A stretch of DNA of 64,000 nt from an uncultured Chloroflexia bacterium (lineage in GTDB: Bacteria; Chloroflexota; Anaerolineae; CG2-30-64-16): contig CAVZDU010000005.1 of NCBI GenBank assembly GCA_963774265.1, forward strand, positions 384,001 to 448,000, given 5' to 3'. A model generated the notes under the pieces. It saw only the letters and a list, made by a program, of their open reading frames with translations. It searched no databases and was not told where the DNA came from. Each line of letters starts with the position of its first letter. Within the stretch, counting starts at the first letter, position 1. Below are positions 41,450 through 51,545 of this stretch, one piece after another. A program made the translations under genes and the position numbers.

Positions 41450-42364
41450 CTAATACTCCAGCTCGGTGCGCAGTGTCTGCCACAGGTAGATGAAGATGAA
41501 GACGGCGGTGATCAGGAACAGGATCACCGCGATCGCGGCGCCATAGCCCATCTTGTAATTGTTGAACGCTTCGATGTACATCAAATTCGCGAGCACGCTC
41601 GAGGAGTTGGCCGGACCCCCGCGCGTCATCACGAAGACCAGGTCGAAGGACCGCAGGGAGTCGATGATGCTGATGACCACCACCACGACCGTGATCGGGC
41701 TGAGCAGCGGCAAGATCACGTGGCGGAACGTCTGCCAGAAACTGGCCCCATCCACCTGTGAGGCATCGATCAACGATGGATCCACGCCCTGCAGGCCGGC
41801 CAGGTACAATGTCATGACGTACCCTACCTGGCGCCAGATCGCTGCGGCGATGATGCACCACGTCGCCAGCCGGGGATCGCTCAGCCAACCCGGCGTCTTA
41901 GTAATTCCGAGCGCATTCAGCACGCTGGTGAAAAGCCCGGAGGCAGGCTGGTACATCCAGCCCCAGATCAGGCCGATGACCACCGGTGCGATGATGTAAG
42001 GCGAGTAAAAGGCCGATTTGATGGCCCTGGCGCCCGGGATGTCGCGGTTCAGGACCATCGCCAGGGCCAGGCCGATGACCACCGGCGCGGTGATGAAAGA
42101 GACCACCCACTTGGCGTTGTTGGCGAGTGCGGTCCAGAAAATCGGATCATCGAACAGTCGCACGTAGTTCCGCAGGCCGATGAACCCCGGCGTCGACACG
42201 CCATCCCAGTTGGTCAGGCTGAGATAGAAAGAATAGATCATCGGGCCGATGACCCACATGAGGAACAGGGCGAGCGGGGCTGCCAGGAAGAGATAAGGAA
42301 TCCACGCGGCCTTCCCGCCAGACTGCCGCCAGCGGCCGGGTCGTGTGGCGCTCTTGGTTGCCAT
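41450..42364 (-). CDS. Carbohydrate ABC transporter permease
   Basis: FIGLRNY, LIDASQVDGA. Confidence 0.92.
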   Translation of the reverse strand: MATKSATRPGRWRQSGGKAAWIPYLFLAAPLALFLMWVIGPMIYSFYLSLTNWDGVSTPGFIGLRNYVRLFDDPIFWTALANNAKWVVSFITAPVVIGLALAMVLNRDIPGARAIKSAFYSPYIIAPVVIGLIWGWMYQPASGLFTSVLNALGITKTPGWLSDPRLATWCIIAAAIWRQVGYVMTLYLAGLQGVDPSLIDASQVDGASFWQTFRHVILPLLSPITVVVVVISIIDSLRSFDLVFVMTRGGPANSSSVLANLMYIEAFNNYKMGYGAAIAVILFLITAVFIFIYLWQTLRTELEY

Positions 42365-42382
42365 GGTGCACCCTCCGTGGGG

Positions 42383-42431
42383 GCATGATGCGTGAAACGT
42401 GAGCAACGGCGTCACGCCCCACGCATCATGC
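42383..42431 (-). terminator. Intergenic stem-loop after the binding-protein gene (mRNA stabiliser/attenuator)
   Basis: GCATGATGCGTG..CACGCATCATGC 12-bp stem plus an inner stem. Confidence 0.55.
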
Positions 42432-42446
42432 AGCGCGTCTTGCGTG

Positions 42447-43850
42447 TTACTGCGGAGCGAAGATCAGCGCCCGTTCCTTTTCCAGGCCGGTCAGGATCTT
42501 GTCGATCTGTTTGGTATCGTTCCAGAACGCCTGGAACGCGGCCATGCCTTTCTCGGCCATTTCGGGCGTGGTGTCGCGATCGTAGAACTGCGCGATGTAG
42601 TCCGCGCCCTTGAGCAGCTCCATGCCCTTCTTCGACGCCTCGTCGTAACCAGTCGTATCCACGTCGAGGTTGGTGGGCAGGCGCTTGAGCGTGCCCGCGA
42701 AATAGGTCTGGGTTTCCTTGGAACCCAGGAACGCCAGGAACTGCTTGGCGGCCTCAGGATGCGGTGCGTTGGCAGCCGCAAAGTAGCCATCGGTCGGTGC
42801 ATCTTCGCCGACAGGGACCTTCGGGTCGATGATCGGGAAGCGGAAGAAGTCGAAATCCGCCTTGTTCTCCGCAGGGACCGAGTCCATGACGAACTGGCCC
42901 ATCAGGTACATCGCGGCCTTGCCCTGCAGCATGAACGGGATTACATCCTGCCAGGCGTAGGAGGCAGCGTTCTCGATAAAGTAGCCTTTGTCCAGGAGCG
43001 TCGCCCAGTACTCGAAGGCCTTCTTCACACGCGGGTCGTCATACTTCTCCGTGCCGAGCATCAGGTTGATGTGGAACTCAGGGCCATTGACCCGCATGTT
43101 CAAGTAGTCGAACCAGGCCGCCGCGGGCCATGCGTCCTTGGTGCCGCTGACGATGGGGGTGATCCCGTTCTTCTTTAGAGTCTCACAGACGGTCAGGAAT
43201 TCGTCCCACGTCTTGGGCGGCTGCAGGTTGTACTTGGCAAAGATCGGCTTGCTGTAGTAGACCGCCCACCAGTAGTAGCTGGTCGGCACAAAGTACTGCT
43301 TGCCGTTGACCGTGCTCAGCGCCTGGAAGCCCTTGGGATAGGACTTGTCCCAGCCTTCCTTGGTCCAGACGTCGCTGATGTCCATGATCTGGCCCTTGTC
43401 GATGAAGAACCGGGCGCGGTTGCCCGCGAACCAGGTCATGACGTCCGGCGGCTGCGACGAGGTCAGGTAGGCGCGAATCGCTTGCTTGAAGTCCTCATGT
43501 GCGACGGTGCTTTGGATCACCTCGATGTTCGGGTATTTCGCCATGAACATCTTCACGGTTTCTGCGTCGGCCGCGCGCGGTGCGGGATCACTCTGGTAGG
43601 TGTTGTAGACCAACATGGTCTTGGGGGCCACGGTGACCTGCTTCTCCACGATCTTTTCAACCGATTTCTCGACCACCTGGGTCACGACCTTCTCGACCTC
43701 GACCGGCTTCTCGACAACTTTCTCCTGCGTGACCACCTGGGTGACGATCTTCTCGACCACTTGAGGGGTTGGGGCGGCGCAGGCAGCCAGCATCGCCACC
43801 ATGGCGAATACGGCAAAAACGCTTAGCAACTTGAACCACTTGGACCGCAT
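42447..43850 (-). CDS. Sugar ABC substrate-binding lipoprotein
   Basis: Lipobox LAAC; VVEK/VVTQ stalk; PDVMTWFAG, PKTWDEF. Confidence 0.92.
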   Translation of the reverse strand: MRSKWFKLLSVFAVFAMVAMLAACAAPTPQVVEKIVTQVVTQEKVVEKPVEVEKVVTQVVEKSVEKIVEKQVTVAPKTMLVYNTYQSDPAPRAADAETVKMFMAKYPNIEVIQSTVAHEDFKQAIRAYLTSSQPPDVMTWFAGNRARFFIDKGQIMDISDVWTKEGWDKSYPKGFQALSTVNGKQYFVPTSYYWWAVYYSKPIFAKYNLQPPKTWDEFLTVCETLKKNGITPIVSGTKDAWPAAAWFDYLNMRVNGPEFHINLMLGTEKYDDPRVKKAFEYWATLLDKGYFIENAASYAWQDVIPFMLQGKAAMYLMGQFVMDSVPAENKADFDFFRFPIIDPKVPVGEDAPTDGYFAAANAPHPEAAKQFLAFLGSKETQTYFAGTLKRLPTNLDVDTTGYDEASKKGMELLKGADYIAQFYDRDTTPEMAEKGMAAFQAFWNDTKQIDKILTGLEKERALIFAPQ

Positions 43851-43951
43851 GGTTGCTTCCCTCCTTTGGGTGCTAGATTGGAACAAACGGCAAGTCAGAC
43901 AGCCAGGGATGTGTCTCCGATCCCCAATCGCGAGCGGGGCTTCACCTCCAT

Positions 43952-44974
43952 TCAACGGGGAGTAAACGATGCAGTGGTCTGGCGCACCACCAGCGACGCT
44001 TCCAGCCGGATCTGCCGGGGACCGGCGTCAGGCTGGCTGAGGGCTTCCATCAGCAGGCATGCACACGCCTGTCCGATGGCGAAGGTGTCCTGGCGCATAG
44101 TCGTCAGAGGCGGATCGAAGTAGGAGGCCAGGGGCATGTCGTCGAAACCGATCACCGAGAGGTTGTCGGGCACCCGCAGACCCAGCTCACGCGCGGCCTG
44201 GAGGATGCCTACGGCCATCCGATCGTTTTGGGCCACGACTGCAGTGAGGTCGGGCGCCCGGGTCAGCAGTTCCCGCAGGGCGGTATGCCCCGACGTAGCC
44301 GACCAATCCCCCTCCATCACCAGCGCCGGGTCGGGCTGGATGCCCGCTGCGGTCAGCGCGTCGCCATACCCGCGGCTGCGTTCCTGGGCGCAGTCCTCGG
44401 TCAGGGGACCAGTGACCTGTGCAATGCGCTGGTGGCCCAACTGCGTGAGGTGCTGCGTGGCCACGTAAGCTGCCTGATGGTTGTCCAGATATACCAGGTT
44501 TTGCACGTCATCGCGTTGGCAACCGCCCATCAGCACGGTTGCGAAAGCAGTTGGCAAATGCTGCACGGGCAGCTCGACAAACGGGCTGATAATGATCAGC
44601 CCATCCACACGCCGGGGGGCCACCAGTTCATCCACGAGGGCTACGAACTGGCGCTCATCCGCGAATGGAGCGCAGAGCAGGTAGTATCCGCGCTCGCGCG
44701 CCACAGATTCGGCGCCTTCCATGTTGGATGCATAGGTGAAATCGGTGAGGTTGGGCGCCAGGCAGGCCAGGGTGTTGGTGCGGCCTTGGGCCATCGAGCG
44801 GGCAATCGCGTGGGGCCGGAAATCGAGATCCTGGATCGCTGATTCGACGCGAGACTGGGTTTGGGGCATCACACCCGGCGCGCCGTTGATCACGCGCGAA
44901 ACAGTCTGGTGGGAGACTCCCGCCAACAGGGCCACGTCGCGCAACGTGGGACGCTTCGTCGACGACCGGGTCAT
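43952..44974 (-). CDS. LacI family regulator
   Basis: TLRDVALLAGVSHQTVSRVIN; VPDNLSVIGFDD; PPLTTMRQ. Confidence 0.94.
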   Translation of the reverse strand: MTRSSTKRPTLRDVALLAGVSHQTVSRVINGAPGVMPQTQSRVESAIQDLDFRPHAIARSMAQGRTNTLACLAPNLTDFTYASNMEGAESVARERGYYLLCAPFADERQFVALVDELVAPRRVDGLIIISPFVELPVQHLPTAFATVLMGGCQRDDVQNLVYLDNHQAAYVATQHLTQLGHQRIAQVTGPLTEDCAQERSRGYGDALTAAGIQPDPALVMEGDWSATSGHTALRELLTRAPDLTAVVAQNDRMAVGILQAARELGLRVPDNLSVIGFDDMPLASYFDPPLTTMRQDTFAIGQACACLLMEALSQPDAGPRQIRLEASLVVRQTTASFTPR

Positions 44975-44994
44975 ATTGGGCCACCGGAGAGGGC

Positions 44995-45052
44995 ATGTTA
45001 CCGGTCACTTTACCGGTAACATCACTATACGACCGTTTACGGGGTTTGTCAA
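44995..45052 (-). promoter_or_regulatory. Promoter and LacI-type operator
   Basis: Minus strand TTGACA-N17-TATAGT; palindrome ATGTTACCGGT-cacttt-ACCGGTAACAT at 44995-45022. Confidence 0.78.
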
Positions 45053-45219
45053 TCCCCAATTTTTTCGGGGCCGAGAAGTCGCCCCGCGATCTGGGCGATG
45101 TCATCGACCGCCGCGTAGAACTCGATCTCGTCTACCTGGGACGGTTTGATGAAGCCGCTGATCTTGCTGATGAACTGCAACGCGGCCGCGTGCATCTCGT
45201 TCTCGCGGAAGGTCGCCGG
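45049..45219 (-). pseudogene. DUF2277-like remnant
   Basis: PAT..NEMHAAALQFISKISGFIKPSQ..FYAAVDDIA; the family N-terminus is missing and there is no in-frame start upstream. Confidence 0.55.
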
Positions 45220-45297
45220 GCTGTTACGCGCACGGCGACCTTCACGGTAGTCCGCCCCTGCCTGCTCATCAGATCAGGGGCAGAATGAACTCGATCT

Positions 45298-46206
45298 CTA
45301 ATAGTCGGGCGGCCACTGCTGCGCGGCTATCTGCGCACGCTGGTGCGCCTCTGCTTCCCTCAGCTCGGGCGTGAACTCCTCGCCAAAGTCGTCCTCACCG
45401 AATACCTGGCGAAGCTCGAGCTCGACCTCGCCGTCAGCGTCGAGCGCCGGCCAGCGCCTCACCCATGCAAGCGCCTCTTCCATCGAATGCACCTGGATCA
45501 TCGTGAAGCCGGCGACGAGCTCCTTCGACTCAGTGAAAGGCCCGTCGATCACAGTCCGCTTCCCTCTTGAGTACCTGACTCGCGCGCCCTTCGAGCTTGG
45601 GTGAAGTCCTTCACCCGCGAGAAAGACGCCCGCGTTGATCCCTTCTTCGTTGTACGCTCCCATCGCGGCGAGGAGCTCCTCGCTCGCCGCCGCGTTCGCC
45701 TCGGTGTCCTTATCGGCCTTCCGAAAGATCACGAACCGCTTCAGCCTGGGGTTGACCGCAGGCGATTCAGTGCTCCCCGCCCGGAATTCCGCTTCCTTCT
45801 CGCGCCACCCGGATTCTTCCGCACTGACGGGGAAGTCCTCCAACTCGAAGATCTGGCGCACCTCGACTTCGCCAACCCCGTCACGGTTGGCCGGAGTCTC
45901 GCCGGCCTCGAAGGGGATGCGCTTGGCCCATTCGATCGCCTCTTGCTTCGACTTCGCCTGAATGATCCAGTAGCCTGCGATCACTTCTTTTGCCTCGGCG
46001 AAAGGCCCGTCGGTCACGGTGGGCTTACCTTTCGAGAATTTGATGCGCGCCCCCTTCGAAGTCGGGTGGAGTCCCTCGCCCGCGAGCAGCGCGCCCGCCT
46101 TCACCAGGGCGTCGTTGTACTTGACCATTTCGGAAATCAGTTTTTCATCCGGCAGCACGCCCGCTTCCGACTGCTCATCACCCTTGATCATCATCATGAA
46201 TCGCAT
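45298..46206 (-). CDS. Tandem YciI/DGPF-domain protein
   Basis: Two copies of GEGLHP..DGPF.E.KE..AG. Confidence 0.88.
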   Translation of the reverse strand: MRFMMMIKGDEQSEAGVLPDEKLISEMVKYNDALVKAGALLAGEGLHPTSKGARIKFSKGKPTVTDGPFAEAKEVIAGYWIIQAKSKQEAIEWAKRIPFEAGETPANRDGVGEVEVRQIFELEDFPVSAEESGWREKEAEFRAGSTESPAVNPRLKRFVIFRKADKDTEANAAASEELLAAMGAYNEEGINAGVFLAGEGLHPSSKGARVRYSRGKRTVIDGPFTESKELVAGFTMIQVHSMEEALAWVRRWPALDADGEVELELRQVFGEDDFGEEFTPELREAEAHQRAQIAAQQWPPDY

Positions 46207-46376
46207 CGCCTTATCTCCTTCTTTATTTACGTTTCCGGTCGATCTCGGCCGGCTGCATGCTGGCACCAGTGTCACAGCAAACCGTCGCACCGGGGCGTTG
46301 ATTGGCTGTGAACACTAGATAGTCGTTTTTGGGGGACCCAAATCGACATTGCCGCCTGCGGCCCTGCATCGACACA

Positions 46377-46673
46377 CTAGCCTCCGGCGATGGCCCCGAG
46401 AATCTTAAGCGGTTCCGCACCCGTCACCACCGCATCGGGCAGAGGAGCATCCGGCGGTTGATGGGATAGATCGCGTCCGACGGCGTAGAACCTCATCAAC
46501 GGCCGGCGCTGCTGTGTGACCTGGTCGCGGATCGTCCCGCGCAGGGCGGGATAGGCGCTCTCGAGCGCGTCGAGGACCGAGCGCTGTGTCACCGGACCCT
46601 CAACCTGCAGCTCCACCTCTTTTCCGACTTGCGCCAGGTTCCGCAGATGGTATGGAAGCACGACGCGGATCAT
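46377..46673 (-). CDS. MoaD/ThiS-like ubiquitin-fold protein
   Basis: [24 protein letters not shown]-terminal Gly-Gly. Confidence 0.85.
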   Translation of the reverse strand: MIRVVLPYHLRNLAQVGKEVELQVEGPVTQRSVLDALESAYPALRGTIRDQVTQQRRPLMRFYAVGRDLSHQPPDAPLPDAVVTGAEPLKILGAIAGG

Positions 46674-47785
46674 GGCAGCATCTGCACTTCGACGGACATG
46701 ACGGCCGGCAGATCGCGTGCGATGGGGACCCAGGTGTCGCCAGCATTGGCCGAGGCATACACCTGCCCGCCGGAGGTGCCGAAGTACACGCCGCACGGAT
46801 CGAGTGAGTCTACGGCCATCGCGTCGCGCAGTACGTTGACGTAGCAGTCACTCTGCGGCAGACCACGCGTGAGCGCCTCCCACTCGTTTCCGCCGGTCCG
46901 GCTGCGGTACACGCGCAGCTTACCATCCGGCGGGTAATGCTCGGAATCGCTTTTGATCGGTACAACGTAGACCGTGTCCGGCTCATGCGTGTGGACTGCA
47001 ATCGGGAAGCCAAAGTCGGATGGCAGGTTGCCGCTCACCTCATGCCATGACTCACCCGCGTCGTCGCTGCGCATCACATCCCAGTGCTTCTGCATGAACA
47101 GCACGTCAGGTCGCGAAGGGTGCATCGCGATGCGGTGGACACAGTGGCCGGTTTCGGCCGCGGGATCAGGGATATACTCGGACTTCAGGCCCTGGTTGAT
47201 CGGCCGCCACGTCTGGCCGGCATCGTCGGTGCGGAACGCGCCCGCGGCCGAGATGGCGATGAACATCCGCTGCGGATTGCCCGGATCGAGCAGAATCGTG
47301 TGCAGGCACATCCCCCCTGCGCCCGGGCTCCAGGAGGGCCCTGAGGGGTGCCGGCGCAGGCCGGAGAGCTCCTCCCATGTCTTGCCGCCGTCCACGGTGC
47401 GGAAAAGGGCGGCGTCTTCCACCCCGGCGTAGACCGTATCCGGATCTGTCAGAGACGGTTCGAGATGCCACACCCGCGCGAATTCCCAGGGATGCTGCGT
47501 GCCGTCGTACCACTGGTGTGTGCCGACCCCCCCTTCGTACGCGAACTGATTGCCGACCGGCGCCCATGTCCTACCGCCGTCATCGGAACGGTGGATCGTC
47601 TGCCCGAACCACGAGCTGGATTGCGAGGCATATACCCGGTCGGGATCCACAGGTGAACCTTTGACGTGATAGATCTCCCAGCCTCCAAAGTGAGGACCAT
47701 TGATGTCCCACCGCTCGCGTTTGCCATCGGATGTGAGAATGAACGCGCCCTTGCGCGTACCTACCAGAACCCGTACGCCACTCAT
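46670..47785 (-). CDS. Cytoplasmic BNR/Asp-box beta-propeller protein
   Basis: VLVGTRKG; several S/T-D-D-x-G-x-T/S-W boxes; no signal peptide. Confidence 0.85.
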   Translation of the reverse strand: MSGVRVLVGTRKGAFILTSDGKRERWDINGPHFGGWEIYHVKGSPVDPDRVYASQSSSWFGQTIHRSDDGGRTWAPVGNQFAYEGGVGTHQWYDGTQHPWEFARVWHLEPSLTDPDTVYAGVEDAALFRTVDGGKTWEELSGLRRHPSGPSWSPGAGGMCLHTILLDPGNPQRMFIAISAAGAFRTDDAGQTWRPINQGLKSEYIPDPAAETGHCVHRIAMHPSRPDVLFMQKHWDVMRSDDAGESWHEVSGNLPSDFGFPIAVHTHEPDTVYVVPIKSDSEHYPPDGKLRVYRSRTGGNEWEALTRGLPQSDCYVNVLRDAMAVDSLDPCGVYFGTSGGQVYASANAGDTWVPIARDLPAVMSVEVQMLP

Positions 47786-47830
47786 CGTTTGCTCCTTCCT
47801 ACACTGCCAGATGTGCTCTGGCCGATCTCT

Positions 47831-49087
47831 TCAATCAAGCAGGCCGGCCAGTCGCTGTTCGAGAAATCGGCGCTGCGTCTCCTGTTTCGCGAGACCCAGC
47901 GCCCGTCCGTAAGAGATGCGGGCATCCATCGTTTTTCCCAGTCGTCGGCACAGCTCGGCCCGCGCTGCGTGCGCCAGGTGATAGTCCGACAAATCGCCGT
48001 TGGCCAGGATAGCGTCAATCAGGGCCAGACCGGCGGCAGGGCCGTCAACCATCGCCACCGCCACGGCACGATTCAACGCCACCACAGGCGACGACGCCGT
48101 CTGCGCGAGCATGTCGTACAACTCGACAATCCGCACCCAGTCCGTCGCTGCAAAATCGAGCGCCTGCGCGTGCACGGCTGCGATCGCGGCCTGGAGAGTG
48201 TAAGGGCCGAACCGGCCCGAAGATAACGCCCTTTCAGCCAGAGCCACGCCCTCCGCAATCTGACCTCGGTTCCAGAGCGAGCGGTCCTGATCTTCCAGCA
48301 GCACCAGGTCTCCTGCCGCCGAGATGCGCGCGGCGCGTCGTGATTCCTGTAGCAGCATCAATGCCAGCAATCCTGTCACCTCGGGATCTGGCAGCAGCCC
48401 GATCAGCAGCCGGCCCAGGTGGATCGCCTCACCCGAAAGATCGGGCCGGGTCAACGATGCACCCTCCGAGGCGGTGTATCCTTCGTTGAACACCAGGTAG
48501 ATTACTTGAAGAACAGTGTCCAGGCGGGCGGGCAACTCCTCCGGCGGCGGCACCTGGTAGGGGATGGCTGCGTCGCGGATCTTCGCCTTGGCGCGCACGA
48601 TGCGTTGTGCCAGCGTAGACGGGGCGGTGAGAAAGGCGTGAGCGATTTCCTCGGTTGTGAGCCCGCACACCTCCCGCAACGTTAGCGCCACCCGGGCCTC
48701 AGGCGGCAGAGCCGGATGGCAGCAGGTGAAAATCAGCCGCAGGCGATCGTCCTCCACGACCTCAGGGTCCCATCCTTCAGAATCACTCGTGGATGCGCGA
48801 AGTCGTTCTGCCAATCCTGCCAGCTTGGTGTCGAACCGGACGCGTCGGCGGATCGTATCGATGGCCTTGAAGCGACCGGCCGAGACCAGCCACGCCCGGG
48901 GATTCCTGGGCACGCCATCTCGCGGCCACTGCCGCACGGCCGCGGCGAAAGCTTCCTGCAAGGCTTCCTCGGCGAGGTCGAAGTCGCCCAGCAGCCGGAT
49001 CAGGGTCGCGAGAATCCGGCGCGACTCGGAACGATAAACGTCCTCCAGTGTCGCGCTGACCTCATCAACCTTGTGCTCGCTCACCAT
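47831..49087 (-). CDS. ECF sigma factor with long C-terminal TPR-like extension (ECF42-like)
   Basis: DFDLAEEA, DDRLRLIFTCCHPAL, YLVFNEGY, LQAAIAAVH; DGPF gene in the operon. Confidence 0.88.
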   Translation of the reverse strand: MVSEHKVDEVSATLEDVYRSESRRILATLIRLLGDFDLAEEALQEAFAAAVRQWPRDGVPRNPRAWLVSAGRFKAIDTIRRRVRFDTKLAGLAERLRASTSDSEGWDPEVVEDDRLRLIFTCCHPALPPEARVALTLREVCGLTTEEIAHAFLTAPSTLAQRIVRAKAKIRDAAIPYQVPPPEELPARLDTVLQVIYLVFNEGYTASEGASLTRPDLSGEAIHLGRLLIGLLPDPEVTGLLALMLLQESRRAARISAAGDLVLLEDQDRSLWNRGQIAEGVALAERALSSGRFGPYTLQAAIAAVHAQALDFAATDWVRIVELYDMLAQTASSPVVALNRAVAVAMVDGPAAGLALIDAILANGDLSDYHLAHAARAELCRRLGKTMDARISYGRALGLAKQETQRRFLEQRLAGLLD

Positions 49088-49210
49088 CTCGATTCTTCCG
49101 GTCCGACGAATCCAAAGACCACAACAACTCTAGCACATAAGTACGGTGTTTCTATGGTGTTTTCGCTACAAAGCACTGAGGTTGATCCTTAAAAATGTGC
49201 TTTAAGTTAT

Positions 49211-49248
49211 AATTAAGTATTGACTTAATTAAGTGTTCGCTGTATAAT
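49211..49248 (+). promoter_or_regulatory. Promoter with ArsR-type operator, probably leaderless
   Basis: TTGACT-N17-TATAAT followed by ATG at 49255; AATTAAGT-attg-ACTTAATT palindrome. Confidence 0.7.
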
Positions 49249-49254
49249 CCGGTC

Positions 49255-49596
49255 ATGGATAGATTCTACGCACTCGCTGAGCCTACAAGACGAAGGATAC
49301 TGGAGATGCTGGCGGGGGAGGGTCAGTTATCTGCCACAGAGATAGCCGACCGATTTGATGTCAGCTCCTCCGCAATCTCACAGCATCTCAAGGTCCTGCG
49401 TGAGTCGAAGTTGGTGCAGATGGAGAAACGGGCGCAGCAGCGCCTCTACCGGATCAATCCGGAGGCCATGCTGGAGGTGGAAGACTGGGCCAGGCACATG
49501 ACGCAACTCTGGCAGCAGCGTCTTGATGCTCTGGATGCGGTGTTGAAGGCAGAGAAACTGAAAAATGAAGAGGAGCAGTCAGATGTCAAAGGATAA
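49255..49596 (+). CDS. ArsR/SmtB family regulator
   Basis: FYALAEPTRRRILEML..AISQHLKVLRE. Confidence 0.9.
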   Translation: MDRFYALAEPTRRRILEMLAGEGQLSATEIADRFDVSSSAISQHLKVLRESKLVQMEKRAQQRLYRINPEAMLEVEDWARHMTQLWQQRLDALDAVLKAEKLKNEEEQSDVKG

Positions 49597-50086
49597 AACG
49601 GGAAACGGCATCACAATCTGGACGTTCCCGACGGATGCGGAGATTAAGATAGAGCGCGTATTCGATGCACCGCGCGAGCTCGTGTTCCGGGCGTACACAG
49701 ATCCGACCCTGATACCGAGGTGGTGGGGGCCCGGGCGCCTGACGACGACGATCGACAAGATGGATGTGAGACCGGGTGGCGCCTGGCGCTTTATCCAACA
49801 CGATGCCGACGGCAATGAGTATGCGTTTCGTGGCGAGTATCGCGAAGTCGTGCCGCCCGAGCGGCTCGTCAACACCTTTGAATATGAGGCCGAGCCGGGC
49901 CATGTATCGATTGACACCATGACCTTGGAAGATCTGCACGGCAAGACGAAGATGACGATCACATCTTCGTTCGACTCGAAGCAGGATCGCGACGGGATGA
50001 TGCAAGAGGGGGCTGAGGAAGGCGCGAACGAGGGCTATGATCGCCTCGATGCGCTTCTGGCTGAATTGGCACGAATGGGAGCCTAA
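49583..50086 (+). CDS. SRPBCC/AHSA1 domain protein
   Basis: RVFDAPRELVFRAYTDP..WWGP..DVRPGGAWR. Confidence 0.9.
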   Translation: MSKDKTGNGITIWTFPTDAEIKIERVFDAPRELVFRAYTDPTLIPRWWGPGRLTTTIDKMDVRPGGAWRFIQHDADGNEYAFRGEYREVVPPERLVNTFEYEAEPGHVSIDTMTLEDLHGKTKMTITSSFDSKQDRDGMMQEGAEEGANEGYDRLDALLAELARMGA

Positions 50087-50091
50087 ATGCA

Positions 50092-50125
50092 GGTCGCCCG
50101 CCCGACCAGTGGCGGGCGGGCGACC
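50092..50125 (+). terminator. GC-rich hairpin
   Basis: GGTCGCCCGCCCG..CGGGCGGGCGACC. Confidence 0.55.
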
Positions 50126-50314
50126 CACAAGTCAGAGCCGCGGCGCGTTATTGCCCTCGCAAGATCATCGGCAGACGGGTCCACCTCAGCTTTAGATCAG
50201 GGAATGGGGCGTAGCCGTGTTAGAATAAGTGTCGGACGAGGGGCAGGAGGCCGTCTTCTCAGTGGCGGTAATCCCGGCTACGGCCGTACGCTGTATCTGA
50301 TGCAGGTGAAACCC

Positions 50315-51382
50315 ATGGAAACGTTTGTCCCGACCAAACACGTCCATCGTCGTCTCAATCCGCTGACAGGCGAGTGGGTGCTGGTGTCGCCGCACCGCAC
50401 CCAGCGGCCGTGGCAGGGCCAGGTGGAGCGGCTGCCCGGCGAGCAGCGCCCGGCCTATGACCCGACCTGTTACCTCTGCCCCGGGAACGGCCGCGCCGGG
50501 GGCGCACGCAACCCGGCCTACGAGAGCACGTTCGTCTTCACCAACGACTTCGCCGCGCTCGTGCCTGACGCACCAGCCGCAGGCAGTGACGATCCGCTCT
50601 TTCGGGCCACGCCGGTCCCGGGTGACTGCCGGGTGATCTGCTTCTCCCCGCGGCATGACCTGTCCCTGCCGGAGATGCCCGTCGAGCAGATTCGCACGGT
50701 GGTCGACGTGTGGGCGGCGCAGACTGCGGAGCTGGGTCAAACGTACCGTTGGGTGCAGGTCTTTGAGAACAAGGGGGCGGTCATGGGCAGCTCCAACCCG
50801 CATCCCCACGGCCAAGTCTGGGCGCTGGACGCGCTGCCCAATGAGCCGGCCAAGGAGGACCGCCAGCAGCGGAGCTACCACGCCGAGCACAGGCGGCCGC
50901 TGCTGCTGGACTATCTGGCGGTCGAGCTGGACCGCGGGGAGCGCGTGGTGGTGGCGAACGATGCCTGGGTCGCGGTCGTCCCCTACTGGGCCGTCTGGCC
51001 GTTCGAGATCCTGCTGATACTGCGGCAGCACATGCTGCGCCTACTCGATCTGGACGACGCCCAGCGTGACGCGCTGGCGGATATCCTCAAGCGCCTGCTG
51101 ACGCGCTACGACAACGTCTTTGAGACTTCGTTCCCCTATTCGATGGGCTGGCACGGCGCGCCGTTCGGAGCGACCCATCGGACTTCCGATGACCTGGACG
51201 GGTCTGACCGGGATCACTGGCAGTTGCACGCGCATTTCTACCCGCCCCTGCTGCGGTCGGCCACGGTGAAGAAGTTCATGGTCGGCTACGAGCTGCTGGC
51301 CGAGGCCCAGCGCGATATCACTGCTGAACAGGCCGCCCGTCGATTACAGGAAATGTCCGAAGTTCACTATAAGGAGCACTGA
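50315..51382 (+). CDS. galT: Galactose-1-phosphate uridylyltransferase
   Basis: [43 protein letters not shown]; start uncertain. Confidence 0.95.
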   Translation: METFVPTKHVHRRLNPLTGEWVLVSPHRTQRPWQGQVERLPGEQRPAYDPTCYLCPGNGRAGGARNPAYESTFVFTNDFAALVPDAPAAGSDDPLFRATPVPGDCRVICFSPRHDLSLPEMPVEQIRTVVDVWAAQTAELGQTYRWVQVFENKGAVMGSSNPHPHGQVWALDALPNEPAKEDRQQRSYHAEHRRPLLLDYLAVELDRGERVVVANDAWVAVVPYWAVWPFEILLILRQHMLRLLDLDDAQRDALADILKRLLTRYDNVFETSFPYSMGWHGAPFGATHRTSDDLDGSDRDHWQLHAHFYPPLLRSATVKKFMVGYELLAEAQRDITAEQAARRLQEMSEVHYKEH

Positions 51383-51392
51383 GGGGGTCGTG

Positions 51393-51545
51393 ATGAAGGT
51401 ACTTGTCAGCGGCGGCGCCGGCTATATCGGGAGCACGGTTGCACAGCAGTTGTTGGTGGCCCAGCCACCCCGAGCTGCGCGAGATCGTCGAGAGCGCCCG
51501 GCTGTGGCACCAGGACCATCCACACGGTTACGGAGAACCCAATGA
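51393..51545 (+). pseudogene. galE: UDP-glucose 4-epimerase remnant with large internal deletion
   Basis: MKVLVSGGAGYIGSTVAQQLL joined out of frame to PELREIVESARLWHQDHPHGY (GalE C-terminus). Confidence 0.8.

Noticed and set aside
43620-43765. VVEK/VVTQ repeats in the sugar-binding protein and P/T/A tracts in lipoproteins
   Set aside because: Low-complexity stalks of surface proteins, not a separate DNA element
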